A stretch of 64,000 bases of DNA from a virus, in IMG/VR virus record IMGVR_UViG_3300018080_000165, positions 12,078 to 76,077 of that record; one strand, given 5' to 3'. The notes beneath the pieces were generated by a model. That model was not told the origin of the DNA. It saw nothing but the letters and a program-made list of their open reading frames with translations, and searched no databases. Below are positions 1-8,841 of the stretch, one piece after another (position 1 is the stretch's first letter; each line of letters begins with the position of its first letter). The translations under genes and the position numbers were made by a program.

Positions 1-1
1 G

Positions 2-1339
2 CTTCCTGGCCGTCTTCTTGCGCGGAGCCTTCGGCTTCCGCTTGGCGGCTTTTTTCACGGTCTTCTTTGCCACTTTCTTTTTCCGGCCCTTCTTTACCAC
101 CTTCTTCTTTGCCGCCTTCTTCTTCACTTTCTTCCTGCCCTTCTTGGCAGCCTTCTTGGGATCGATCTCCCTGTATGCGAAGGCCCGCTTTTTCTTCTCA
201 TCCGGCGGCACCAAGGCGAAGACGGTTCCCGTCACCGAATCCATCGCGGCGAATTCGTCGTCCTTCATTTGGGCTTCCACGTTCGCCAGCGCATCCCCGT
301 CGAGTTCCTTTTCGGCAGGGATCATCACCACCCCATTGCAGAACGGCGTTGCTCGGTCGTTCTTCTCGTGCGTGATGATGTAAGGCACGTCCAGATCGGC
401 GATCTCTCCACCGTCAGCCACGAAGAGTGACTTGAAAAGCGTGTAGGCCGTCCAGAGTTTCTTCTTCTTCAACAATGCCGGAATCTTTGCGTATTCCGGC
501 CACTGCTTCGTGTTGCAGTGCTTGTAGTGTCTCGGTTGGAAGAAGTCCGCGAACTCCTTTTTCACCGAGGCTTGCGTTGCTTCCTTCGACTTCCTAGCTC
601 CGGCGACGAACTCTTTGGCGACGGTCAGACGATCCGGGTTGTCTTCCTCGTCACCTTCTTCGTCGTCGGCTTCCGCTTCCTCTTCTTCTTCCTCTTCCTC
701 TTCCTCCTCTTCTTCCTCTTCGTCAACCTCTACTTCGTCTTCCTCTCCTTCCTCTTCCTCCTCTTCGTCCTCTTCGGATTCCTCTTCCTCTTCTTCTTCC
801 TCTTCTTCGTCCTCCTCACCTTCCTCCTCTTCCTCTTCCTCCTCCTCTTCTTCCTCTTCCTCTTCTTCGGATTCCTCTTCCTCTTCTTCTTCCTCTTCCT
901 CGTCCTCACCGGCAGCGAGCTTTTCGCAAGCCTTCTTCACTGCGGCTTCCTTGTCCTCCAACTTCTTCCCGACCTTCACGTCGAGCAGACGGGCCGCTCG
1001 GGTCAAGGTCTTTTGGTTGGCAACGGCGTCCTCATCGCTGCACACTGCCGCGATACCTTCCAGCGCGGCCTTGATGTCGGCGAAGGTCATGTCGCCAGGA
1101 TCGACGCCGATCTTCTCACAAAGGGCCTTCAACTTCTTGCCCTTCATCTTCTTGATGAGTTTCGCGGAAGGAAGACCGATGTCGATGGTTTCCGCTTCTT
1201 CTTCTTCCTCTTCCTCGGGTTCCTCTTCCTCGGCAGGCTTCGCGGCCTTTCCACCGAGAATCTTGCCGAGTGCCGCGAAGAACTTCTCACAGAGCGCCAA
1301 GCACTTCGCGCCCTTCACAATCTTCGGACTTTTCGCCAT
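2..1339 (-). CDS. Low-complexity protein with central poly-Glu/Asp tract and histone-H1-like Lys/Ala-rich C-terminal tail (runs off window edge)
   Basis: Not in ORF track (no stop inside window). ATG at 1339 with AGGAG RBS; reads MAKSPKIVKGAKCLALCEKFF...EEEEEE...KKAAKKGRKKVKKKAAKKKVVKK; open for ~446 codons. Confidence 0.85.
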   Translation of the reverse strand, partial: MAKSPKIVKGAKCLALCEKFFAALGKILGGKAAKPAEEEEPEEEEEEEAETIDIGLPSAKLIKKMKGKKLKALCEKIGVDPGDMTFADIKAALEGIAAVCSDEDAVANQKTLTRAARLLDVKVGKKLEDKEAAVKKACEKLAAGEDEEEEEEEEEESEEEEEEEEEEEEEEEEGEEDEEEEEEEEEESEEDEEEEEEGEEDEVEVDEEEEEEEEEEEEEEEAEADDEEGDEEDNPDRLTVAKEFVAGARKSKEATQASVKKEFADFFQPRHYKHCNTKQWPEYAKIPALLKKKKLWTAYTLFKSLFVADGGEIADLDVPYIITHEKNDRATPFCNGVVMIPAEKELDGDALANVEAQMKDDEFAAMDSVTGTVFALVPPDEKKKRAFAYREIDPKKAAKKGRKKVKKKAAKKKVVKKGRKKKVAKKTVKKAAKRKPKAPRKKTARK

Positions 1340-1360
1340 CGTTTCATTTCTCCTAAAAGG

Positions 1361-1747
1361 TTAGTGACGTTTTTTCACAACCCGACTCTTCCGTTTTGAA
1401 CTCTGCCCGTCTACATACAATCCTCCTTTCCATGCGTCCGGGTTCCAGCGGATCACCTGAATCGGACAAGCCCCGTTCTCGAAGACGGTCGCGCGAATCC
1501 CCTTTGGGATGATCCTCTTTCCGCGCTTAATCCCCAAAAGCAAAACCAGATGCTTCGAATCGCCCTTTCCTTCTACCTCCTTTCCGCACACGTACAAGTC
1601 CCGATTCAGAAATTTTTCGTCCAGATGCTTTGCCACGATCACGCGGGTTCCTACCCGGAAGATTCTTTTCTGCCGCCGGACCAGTGCGGCGTACATATCC
1701 ACCTTGCTTTCTCCTTTCCAGGCATTCGACGTATGCCAATGTGTCAA
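1361..1747 (-). CDS. Hypothetical protein
   Basis: ORF track; true start may be the internal MYAAL. Confidence 0.55.
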   Translation of the reverse strand: MTHWHTSNAWKGESKVDMYAALVRRQKRIFRVGTRVIVAKHLDEKFLNRDLYVCGKEVEGKGDSKHLVLLLGIKRGKRIIPKGIRATVFENGACPIQVIRWNPDAWKGGLYVDGQSSKRKSRVVKKRH

Positions 1748-1955
1748 ACGCCCCCCGGTCCACGAGGAACTTGATGTGAGAGCATATCGTGCTCTTGCAC
1801 CGAGTACATGATATGCTCCCCGATCTGTACTGCGTGATTGTGAAGTGAGACTTCTTTGTTTTGACCTTGAACGTTTTCTGGATTTGGTTGCCGGTCCTGG
1901 AGAAGTCTCCCAACATGGTGTAGCGGAACATCTTGGTCTTGTACTTGCGCCTCAT
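1527..1955 (-). CDS. Hypothetical protein with SWIM-like Zn motif
   Basis: SCTRCKSTICSHIKF Cys/His cluster; abuts upstream gene. Confidence 0.55.
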   Translation of the reverse strand: MRRKYKTKMFRYTMLGDFSRTGNQIQKTFKVKTKKSHFTITQYRSGSISCTRCKSTICSHIKFLVDRGAFDTLAYVECLERRKQGGYVRRTGPAAEKNLPGRNPRDRGKASGRKISESGLVRVRKGGRRKGRFEASGFAFGD

Positions 1956-2330
1956 CTATCTCGCCGACCTTCGGCCCTTCTTCTCGGCCTTCTTCTTTTT
2001 CTTCCCCCCGGTCCTGTTGGCTTCCTTCGGCACGTCACAGTCCGCCAGTTCGGCGATGTCCACCTTTCCGGCATTGATCCCTTTCAGATTGACATTCACC
2101 AAGGCGGACTTGATGGCCTTGTAGGAAGAAATGGTCAACCGGACGCCACGAGGCGAGGGTTGCCACGTCTTGTACGTCTCCGAATCCTCGCGGTTGTCGA
2201 AATACCACCGACGAATGTCGATCATCGGCTTGCTCTTCTTGGTCTGCTGGACGACGCGAACTCGTAACTGTTCGCGCCCCAGGTCTTCCACGTACACCAG
2301 GACCGACTTGTCCGGGTCTGTTGACACCAT
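1956..2330 (-). CDS. PC4/Sub1 (YdbC)-like ssDNA-binding protein
   Basis: IDIRRWY...WQPSPRGVRLT matches PC4-fold signature (VDIREYY...PGKKGISL). Confidence 0.8.
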   Translation of the reverse strand: MVSTDPDKSVLVYVEDLGREQLRVRVVQQTKKSKPMIDIRRWYFDNREDSETYKTWQPSPRGVRLTISSYKAIKSALVNVNLKGINAGKVDIAELADCDVPKEANRTGGKKKKKAEKKGRRSAR

Positions 2331-2331
2331 C

Positions 2332-2505
2332 TCATTCCCTCCAAAAGAAAATCCACTTCACGAGAAAACCAACGACGACGATGAACACACCACAGATGAA
2401 CGCGGTGAGTAGATCAGCACCCGCGTTCACTACATTGTACTCTTCTCCTTTCTTCTTTTTCATGCTGTCGGCAAAACGATCCCAGTGACTCTTGTCCTTG
2501 CTCAC
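2332..2505 (-). CDS. Small membrane protein (57 aa)
   Basis: GTG start after AAAGGAGG; C-terminal hydrophobic LLTAFICGVFIVVVGFLVKWIFFW. Confidence 0.6.
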   Translation of the reverse strand: MSKDKSHWDRFADSMKKKKGEEYNVVNAGADLLTAFICGVFIVVVGFLVKWIFFWRE

Positions 2506-2538
2506 ATCAAATCAACCTCCTTTCACGCTCCGCGCAAA

Positions 2539-3363
2539 TCAGAAAGCGAACGACGACTGCCGCGCTTTCTTACCTCCTTCGATCCGGGCCTTGTGCTTCT
2601 TGAAATACGCGAGAAGAGCATTTCTTCTTTCGATCTTACTCTCCCTCTTCTTGCACAAGTCGATCATCTGACTGCCTTCGAGGCGAAGAAGACCCAATTC
2701 CTTGGCGGTCTTCCGGTAGTCCACGCCCGTCAACGCTTCCAGATAACCGAACTGGCTTTTCGTGATCTCGTTGCCAGGAACCCGATTGTATCTCCTCTTT
2801 CCCATCTTCTTCTGTTCGGACTTCGGCAGTCCGTTCTTTGTCCGTGCGTTGTCGATCATCGCGGACATCTGTTTCTTGGTATAATTGCCAACGACTGCCG
2901 TTCCGCTCAGGTCTTCGTAGTACCTGATTTGCTTCGCCGTGGCGGGTTCGTTCTCTCTCCTTTCCTTTTCCGCCGCCAACTCCGAAGGACGCTTAGCCGT
3001 CTTCCTTCTGGCGACACCGGCCTTCCACATCTCCTTCGCCCGTTCGCGGACACGTTTCAGCACGCCAGCCCAGTTCTCCGTTCGATTGATCCGAGTGGTC
3101 TTGGCCAACGGAGCTTCCTCTTCAGGATTCTCCCACCGCCGGACAGCGACAACGCGGATCGCGTCTTCCCCTTCCCCACGAAACTTGTCGCCTTTGATGC
3201 TGGAATAGATACGCACCCAGGCGCGAGTACGTAGCTTCTTCCCGTTCTCTTGCGCGACGATCTGCCGTTCGAAGACACGTTCCCCCTTGGACTCCGTTTC
3301 GAGGAACGACATGTTCAACATCAAATGCAAGAACCTTTTCACTTTTATCGAGTCACTCGGCAT
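2539..3363 (-). CDS. Hypothetical protein, ends QSSFAF
   Basis: 274-aa ORF in operon orientation. Confidence 0.75.
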   Translation of the reverse strand: MPSDSIKVKRFLHLMLNMSFLETESKGERVFERQIVAQENGKKLRTRAWVRIYSSIKGDKFRGEGEDAIRVVAVRRWENPEEEAPLAKTTRINRTENWAGVLKRVRERAKEMWKAGVARRKTAKRPSELAAEKERRENEPATAKQIRYYEDLSGTAVVGNYTKKQMSAMIDNARTKNGLPKSEQKKMGKRRYNRVPGNEITKSQFGYLEALTGVDYRKTAKELGLLRLEGSQMIDLCKKRESKIERRNALLAYFKKHKARIEGGKKARQSSFAF

Positions 3364-3758
3364 CCGTGGGTTCTCCTTCCTCTTCTTCCTCCCTCTTCTT
3401 CCTCTTCCAAGGTCCTTTGCCCTTTTTCGAAAACGTCGTACATGACTTCGAGAGACACCTTCCCTTCTCTCATGTACTCTTCGCCCGCGTCCTCAATCGC
3501 GTAGCGATTGTTCCAGATGTAAACGTGCGGCTTGTGACTGTTCTTCGAACGGGTGCGGAGATACAACTGCTCGTCGGCCACCAAATGACCGTCTTTCCAC
3601 ATCCGCTTTTTCACGAGATCGTGATCGCCCGCATTGAGCAACAGCTTGATGTGGTAGAGAAGCTGGGACTCTTTGCTTCCCCATGAACCGCCCTTGATTG
3701 GAGGATCACCTTTCTCCCGCGTGACGATCAGACTCGATCCTTCGAAAACAAGTTTCAT
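3345..3758 (-). CDS. Hypothetical protein
   Basis: ORF with AAGGA RBS. Confidence 0.7.
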   Translation of the reverse strand: MKLVFEGSSLIVTREKGDPPIKGGSWGSKESQLLYHIKLLLNAGDHDLVKKRMWKDGHLVADEQLYLRTRSKNSHKPHVYIWNNRYAIEDAGEEYMREGKVSLEVMYDVFEKGQRTLEEEEEGGRRGRRTHGCRVTR

Positions 3759-3770
3759 GGTTTTTCCTTT

Positions 3771-4058
3771 CTAATCCAGGTATTGAACTTTCACGGAACC
3801 CCGGAATCCGTGTTTTTCCATGTGATCTTTCGTGTAGTTCTCCCTGAAGACTTCGATTTCTTCCGGCGAGCGCCAGCCCGTGATGGTGCCTGTCACACCT
3901 GTTCCCGCTCCCTTCGCCGTGTAGATTCGACCAAACGTAGTGAGTTTGACCTTTCGCTTGCCATCCGTGTCGAAAGGCTTCCCGCACTTGTGGCACGCAT
4001 CCTGGAAATCGAGATCGAAGACCGTACCACAGGCATCGCATGTCCAGCTTGCCATCAT
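3771..4058 (-). CDS. Zn-ribbon protein
   Basis: WTCDACG...CHKCG. Confidence 0.7.
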   Translation of the reverse strand: MMASWTCDACGTVFDLDFQDACHKCGKPFDTDGKRKVKLTTFGRIYTAKGAGTGVTGTITGWRSPEEIEVFRENYTKDHMEKHGFRGSVKVQYLD

Positions 4059-4270
4059 TTCCCCTTTTCTCTGGTTCGCCCTTTCGAGTCCTGTTCCAGC
4101 ATACGTAGCCGACCCATGTGGCGAATCCAGCTTCGGTGGACAGGCTCGTCCCGCTTCACGCAATCGAGAATGTCGGGAAGCGCCTCCCGCATTTCCCGGC
4201 GCGTGGAACCCGTCTCCTTCTTCACGATGTCCAGGATCATCTTGGTCGGGAACTTCGAAAACAGTTTCAT
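4055..4270 (-). CDS. Hypothetical protein
   Basis: ATG after AAGGAG; ATGA overlap with next gene. Confidence 0.65.
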   Translation of the reverse strand: MKLFSKFPTKMILDIVKKETGSTRREMREALPDILDCVKRDEPVHRSWIRHMGRLRMLEQDSKGRTREKGK

Positions 4271-4283
4271 GGTTTTCTCCTTT

Positions 4284-4613
4284 TCAAAACGCGAAAGAAC
4301 CTTGCTTCGCTTTCTGGCCAACGTGCTTACCCCCACCTTTCTTCTTAGCCTTCAACTCCTTGTCCTTCCTGGCTTGCGCGGCCATCTTCGCCTTGTACGA
4401 GATTTCGTACAACTCCATCATCTCGTCCAGCTTGGACCGGACGCCTTTCGGCGTCCACTTGCCCTTGAGCCAGTACGCGCAAGCGGCGTACATGTGAGCA
4501 CCCGCCTGGGTGTCGTCGGCTTTCTTGGCTTCCTTGATGGCCGTAAGACTCTCTTTCTTCTTGGCCGGTTCCTTCTCCTTGACTGCCTTCTTCACAAGCT
4601 TTTTCTTTGCCAC
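4284..4613 (-). CDS. Lys-rich hypothetical protein, ends QGSFAF
   Basis: GTG start after AAGGAG. Confidence 0.7.
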   Translation of the reverse strand: MAKKKLVKKAVKEKEPAKKKESLTAIKEAKKADDTQAGAHMYAACAYWLKGKWTPKGVRSKLDEMMELYEISYKAKMAAQARKDKELKAKKKGGGKHVGQKAKQGSFAF

Positions 4614-4616
4614 TCG

Positions 4617-5054
4617 TTATCTCCTTTTCTTCCACACATCCCGGAAGTACCAGCCATACTCGGGAACACCATTGCCGTCGATCCTCTTGCACACCTGTCG
4701 GAGCGCAAGATCGAACAGTTCGAAGATGTCATCCTTGATGTCGTTCCGGTCTCTGCCGGAAATGGTGATCTTGAATCCTACGAACTGGGGACGCACAATG
4801 ACAGTGTGGTATGTCCACCCGTCGTAGAATCCATACTTGTTCATGTGGTGAAATGATGTGTCGAAAACCAACTTCTCTGCCGTCGAACGGTTGCAGTCCA
4901 GTGTGGTTCCGTCGTCGAACCCGCCCCCGGACGGATAAAACTGCTCTTCCATCCATTGAAGTGTGCTGTAGTACGCGTGCGTATGGTCATCCGTGCACCT
5001 TGTCAGCGCGTTGAGAATGGAAGACAACTCCTGTGCCACGGTGTATTCCGACAT
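4617..5054 (-). CDS. Hypothetical phage protein
   Basis: ORF with AGGAG RBS. Confidence 0.75.
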   Translation of the reverse strand: MSEYTVAQELSSILNALTRCTDDHTHAYYSTLQWMEEQFYPSGGGFDDGTTLDCNRSTAEKLVFDTSFHHMNKYGFYDGWTYHTVIVRPQFVGFKITISGRDRNDIKDDIFELFDLALRQVCKRIDGNGVPEYGWYFRDVWKKRR

Positions 5055-5078
5055 TTGAATCTCCTTTCTTCTCCGAAC

Positions 5079-5423
5079 TCAGACACGAGCCTGTGCCTTC
5101 AACTCTCCGTTCGCTGCGATCTCGTCTCCGTCCTTGAAAGGGAAGCCGCGTTTCCATCCTTCGTGCCAATACCACACGTGGGAATGTTGGCTGATCCTGT
5201 AGTTCCCAGGCAAGTACCGATTGATCCGGTCTTTCGTGGTGACGGTCTCCCATCCGCCCGTCACCACGATGATTCTGCCGTCCGGCTTGAAACGTAGGAT
5301 GTTGGTTCTGTGCAACCGGACGCAGATGTCCTTCCCGTCCCGCTCCAAGTAGGTGTTGTTCGTCAACTTACGGCTTTTCTTACACCTGCCTTGAAGCAAA
5401 CTGTCCGCTTTCTTGTAAGTCAT
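5079..5423 (-). CDS. Conserved-type phage hypothetical protein
   Basis: RLHRTNILRFKPDGRIIVVTGGWETVTTKDRIN pattern typical of phage early proteins. Confidence 0.7.
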   Translation of the reverse strand: MTYKKADSLLQGRCKKSRKLTNNTYLERDGKDICVRLHRTNILRFKPDGRIIVVTGGWETVTTKDRINRYLPGNYRISQHSHVWYWHEGWKRGFPFKDGDEIAANGELKAQARV

Positions 5424-5821
5424 TCCCGTTCTCCTTTCTTCTTCAAGAGTGTTTTGACGGCCCATTTGCGCATTGCCGCCCATTCGGTTCCGACACTGTT
5501 CCAACCCCCGCCCTTGTTCCAGGCGTCGTACAACTCTTGCGGGAGCGGAATGCCTTGCTCCCACGTCTTGCGGGAAACAGTCTTCGGCAAGCCGCTGTTA
5601 CCGTAAGCGCCGCACACGAAGACAGTCCTGTTCTTGACACGGGCACAGCCCATCATCCAATGTCCGCATTGCCTGAGTGCGACCTTGCGGACGATTCCAC
5701 GTAAATTGTTTTTCTTACCCACGTCCTCATCGTCCGGTTGCATGAGGATCAAAAACGGAGCGCGTCTGTGATGCTGCTCCGTACCTTTGTAGTACGTCCC
5801 TGCTTCATCTGTCACGTACAT
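5420..5821 (-). CDS. Hypothetical protein
   Basis: ORF with AGGAG RBS. Confidence 0.7.
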   Translation of the reverse strand: MYVTDEAGTYYKGTEQHHRRAPFLILMQPDDEDVGKKNNLRGIVRKVALRQCGHWMMGCARVKNRTVFVCGAYGNSGLPKTVSRKTWEQGIPLPQELYDAWNKGGGWNSVGTEWAAMRKWAVKTLLKKKGERE

Positions 5822-6191
5822 GCCGGTTCTCCTTTTTCATCAACCGGAATTGACCAGAACATATGGTCAATCTGCCGGACATCCTGTCCTTCTTGTTCTT
5901 TGCTGCGCACACATAGTTCTTCAAGCTACCGCCGGCAGGAACACGGGTTTTCACCCCGCATCTTTGGCAAACAACATCCCTTGTCTTCCGAACATACACC
6001 GTCTTTGCCTTCTTCTTCGTTTTGGTCCCGCTCCCGAAGATTTCGGGATGGCTCTTTGCCAAGCGTTTGTTCACCGCTTCCAGAAGCGCGTTGTTAGGAT
6101 CGTTGTCCATCGCTTCGCCCAATTTCACGAACTCCTCATCCCGAAGATGCTCTTCGAGAACCTTCGCTGTCTTCACGAAAATCGCTTGCAT
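5805..6191 (-). CDS. Hypothetical protein with CxxC
   Basis: VVCQRCG; AGGAG RBS. Confidence 0.7.
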   Translation of the reverse strand: MQAIFVKTAKVLEEHLRDEEFVKLGEAMDNDPNNALLEAVNKRLAKSHPEIFGSGTKTKKKAKTVYVRKTRDVVCQRCGVKTRVPAGGSLKNYVCAAKNKKDRMSGRLTICSGQFRLMKKENRHVRDR

Positions 6192-6244
6192 GATTCTCTC
6201 CTTTCAGATTGTGTTTTCGTCACTTGTGAAAACGAAGAAGTCAA

Positions 6245-6592
6245 TCAACCTTTCTCACGTAGCACACACCCACCAGTGCTCTCTTGATTTCGTGTTCGGC
6301 GGACTTCTTCGCTTCGAGAGCATCCTCTTCCCGACGATGTACTCCGTACTCGGGATGGATTCTCGACTCTTCTTCCGTTGTCATCGTACCCTAGAGAACG
6401 CGCGGCTTGATGGACGTACTCAGCAAACTTCGCGTCCACCGCCGAAAACTCGACGCCCTGTTCTCTCATTGCATCGACCGATTCCAAGGTCTTTTCCCCG
6501 ATCTTGGCGATGTCCAGGATGTGCATGTCGTCTTCACGACCCAAGACGACAGCAACTTCGTACAAAAACGCTTTGACACGACCCATGGTCAT
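6245..6592 (-). CDS. Hypothetical protein (first gene after structured leader)
   Basis: ATG after GAGGGAG. Confidence 0.6.
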   Translation of the reverse strand: MTMGRVKAFLYEVAVVLGREDDMHILDIAKIGEKTLESVDAMREQGVEFSAVDAKFAEYVHQAARSLGYDDNGRRVENPSRVRSTSSGRGCSRSEEVRRTRNQESTGGCVLREKG

Positions 6593-6599
6593 CTCCCTC

Positions 6600-7275
6600 T
6601 CTTTCTTCGGTTCACTTCTCAAAGGCCACTAGCAGTGCTCCCGGCGTTTTCGCGATCCGCCGCTTTTTGCGTCGCGCCTAACCCGCGCTTTCAAGCCAAC
6701 GTGCCGACCTGTTCCGCGCTCGTGACGCCGCATTTTGTTTTCGGCTTGAATCGACATACCAGAAGCATTAGCTAGGGGTCTTTTCCCCTATCCACGGCGA
6801 GACTGCGACTTTGCACGTGCATTCCCCGCGACCTGGCCTATCGGCACGGCCCGCTATGGTTTTGGATTGCCTTACGGGACGAGGTTTGCACGCGACAGCT
6901 TTTGCCAAGACTTAGAACCTAACCATTCCGGTTTTCTGGATTAGGACGGGAGCGAAGATGGCCCGCTTGTCACCACCTAGCCCGATCCGCCGTTCGTCCG
7001 AAGGTCTGCTTGGCCGCTTGTCCGTCTCTGTGTGTTCGCAACCGGGTGCTTTCCCGGTCCACTCGCGGTTTGCGGCCCGCCCCTAGCAATCGTCTCCCGA
7101 CGATTCCGTGGGCGCGAACCCCGCTCTTAATCCTGCGATTCATTCCCGCGACCTTGGCTTGCTCCGTTGGATTCGGCTTCAGGCCGTACCCTAGCTCGGG
7201 TTCCCCGCGCGTCACATAGAACGCGATAACCGGGTTTCGCCGTCGCTCGTAAATCGCTCAATTGTCAAAGAACAT
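6600..7275 (-). ncRNA. Candidate large structured non-coding RNA / 5' leader
   Basis: No credible ORF; multiple hairpins (7088-7105 with GNRA loop, 7041-7058, 6773-6790, 6690-6750), long-range helices and a duplicated internal motif. Confidence 0.6.
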
Positions 7276-7316
7276 TATACTATGTGGCATTATAGCGAAA
7301 TGCCAGCATAGTGCAA
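7261..7316 (-). promoter_or_regulatory. Sigma70-like promoter with overlapping inverted repeat and downstream boxA-like site
   Basis: TTGCAC(7316-7311)-N16-TATAAT(7294-7289); IR 7279-7312; TGTTCTTTGACAAT at 7274-7261. Confidence 0.65.
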
Positions 7317-7477
7317 GCACAGAAAAAACTTTTTCACGTGAAATTTCACTAATTCCTGCACATGGTGCACAAGTGCAGGATAGGGCCACATCTGCTTATA
7401 GGTTATCACATGACGGTAGACGGGGTTTACCAGATTACCTCTATGCGAGCAAAGAAAGGGTATAAGTGACCTTGAAC

Positions 7478-8242
7478 CTATGCCATGCCGAGAAACTTGT
7501 GAACCTGTGGGACAAACCTGACGGCCAAACACCTTTTCACATCGTCGCTGAACGGAAAGGCAAAAGCACATTGATTTGTTTCACGTTGGTTTGAAAACAC
7601 CTTGTCTTTTTCGGAAAAGATTCCACTCTCCAATATCACCTTTATCGCATCTGGATGGCCGTCAGCGGGTTGGATGAAAACTTCTCTCACAAAGACTTCT
7701 TCTTTCAGGATTTCCTCGACTTCCCTCATGTCCTGTTCCGTGCCGACAACGAACTTGAAATAGCAATTCGTCATATAACGGACCAATGTAGGAAGCGCAC
7801 TGCGCCTACCGGAGCTAGAGAGTTTCGGAGAAATGATCCATGCGTCAATGCAAACGAAATGTTTCGGATCGCACTTGTCCAGAAGTTCCCCGTTCGTTTC
7901 GATTGAAGTCCCGAACGCCGGTTCGATCTCTTTGCAGATTTGAACAATCTGTGGAAGGAAGATAGTAGGCTCACCGCCAGTGAAAACAACATGGCGCTTG
8001 TGAAGAGGAAAAGACTTCAAAACAGAAATAACATACTCGACAGATAACGAAAGGTGTTTTGTTTCCGCCTGACTCGGTTTGATATTTTCCGGTTTGTAGC
8101 CGCTATCGCACCAACTACATGTTCGATTGCATCCAAGAGTCCTCAGAAAAACAGAAGGAAGGCCAACTGTTGGACCTTCCCCGGAAATCGTCTCATAAAT
8201 TTCATGTACACCAATTTCTTTAGGAGTTCCTTGCCTCCGCAT
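7478..8242 (-). CDS. queE: 7-carboxy-7-deazaguanine synthase (radical SAM)
   Basis: EIYETISGEG, FLRTLGCNRTCSWCDS, TGGEP, ETNG, ISPKL, PQVHK. Confidence 0.92.
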   Translation of the reverse strand: MRRQGTPKEIGVHEIYETISGEGPTVGLPSVFLRTLGCNRTCSWCDSGYKPENIKPSQAETKHLSLSVEYVISVLKSFPLHKRHVVFTGGEPTIFLPQIVQICKEIEPAFGTSIETNGELLDKCDPKHFVCIDAWIISPKLSSSGRRSALPTLVRYMTNCYFKFVVGTEQDMREVEEILKEEVFVREVFIQPADGHPDAIKVILESGIFSEKDKVFSNQRETNQCAFAFPFSDDVKRCLAVRFVPQVHKFLGMA

Positions 8243-8636
8243 AAGATGTATTCGTTTCCCAAACGCGAAGGGAGTCCAGTCTTGCGGATTCATGCTCGAA
8301 ACACTCCTTCATCTCCGCGAACCAATGAAGCGCCAACACTTCAACCGTAGGGTCTTGATGGATTATGAACACGTGTTCCCTGAAGCCGCCCTCAATGAGA
8401 ACGCCCGCGAGAGGATCGTCTATTTTGAGAACGACTTTATGATCCCATCTCTCCACGACGTGTTTCAACTTTTTGAGTTCCGCGAAGTCCACCACAAATC
8501 CGTTGTCGCCTATGTTGCCGTAGGCCGTCAACTCCACGCGGTAGTTGTGCCCGTGCAAGAAACGACACTTCCCTTCGTGCCGCATCAACCTATGGGCGAT
8601 AGAGAACTCGCCCAAAAATTTCGTTACCTTGACCAT
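8220..8636 (-). CDS. queD: 6-carboxytetrahydropterin synthase
   Basis: AHRL...CRFLHGHNY, VVDF, DH, PTVE, VWET. Confidence 0.93.
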   Translation of the reverse strand: MVKVTKFLGEFSIAHRLMRHEGKCRFLHGHNYRVELTAYGNIGDNGFVVDFAELKKLKHVVERWDHKVVLKIDDPLAGVLIEGGFREHVFIIHQDPTVEVLALHWFAEMKECFEHESARLDSLRVWETNTSYAEARNS

Positions 8637-8640
8637 TAGT

Positions 8641-8838
8641 TTACCTCATTCCTAGGCTACCTCTTCCTTTGTCCTTGCACGCATTCCGACCGAGTTTTTG
8701 TTCGATCCACACTTGCGCCATGGGCCGATCTTCTTTCTTCAACGTCTTGAAATCCTCAAAGCACTCATTACACACGGCATGTCCCGCGATTGTCCTATGA
8801 GGATTCCCTTCGTTTTCCCGGCAGGCGCAACATCTCAT
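8641..8838 (-). CDS. Small Zn-finger protein
   Basis: CCAC...CNEC. Confidence 0.6.
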   Translation of the reverse strand: MRCCACRENEGNPHRTIAGHAVCNECFEDFKTLKKEDRPMAQVWIEQKLGRNACKDKGRGSLGMR

Positions 8839-8841
8839 ACC

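Noticed and set aside
650-905. Repeat-like array resembling CRISPR/VNTR
   Set aside because: Low-complexity Glu codons, no repeat-spacer periodicity; no CRISPR array seen in the window
518-1399. Plus-strand poly-Ser and Phe/Leu ORFs (also 22480-22949)
   Set aside because: Antisense shadows of GAA/GAG-rich acidic tracts on the minus strand
6970-7219. Short ORFs within the structured leader
   Set aside because: No RBS, atypical composition; pairing pattern better explained as RNA structure
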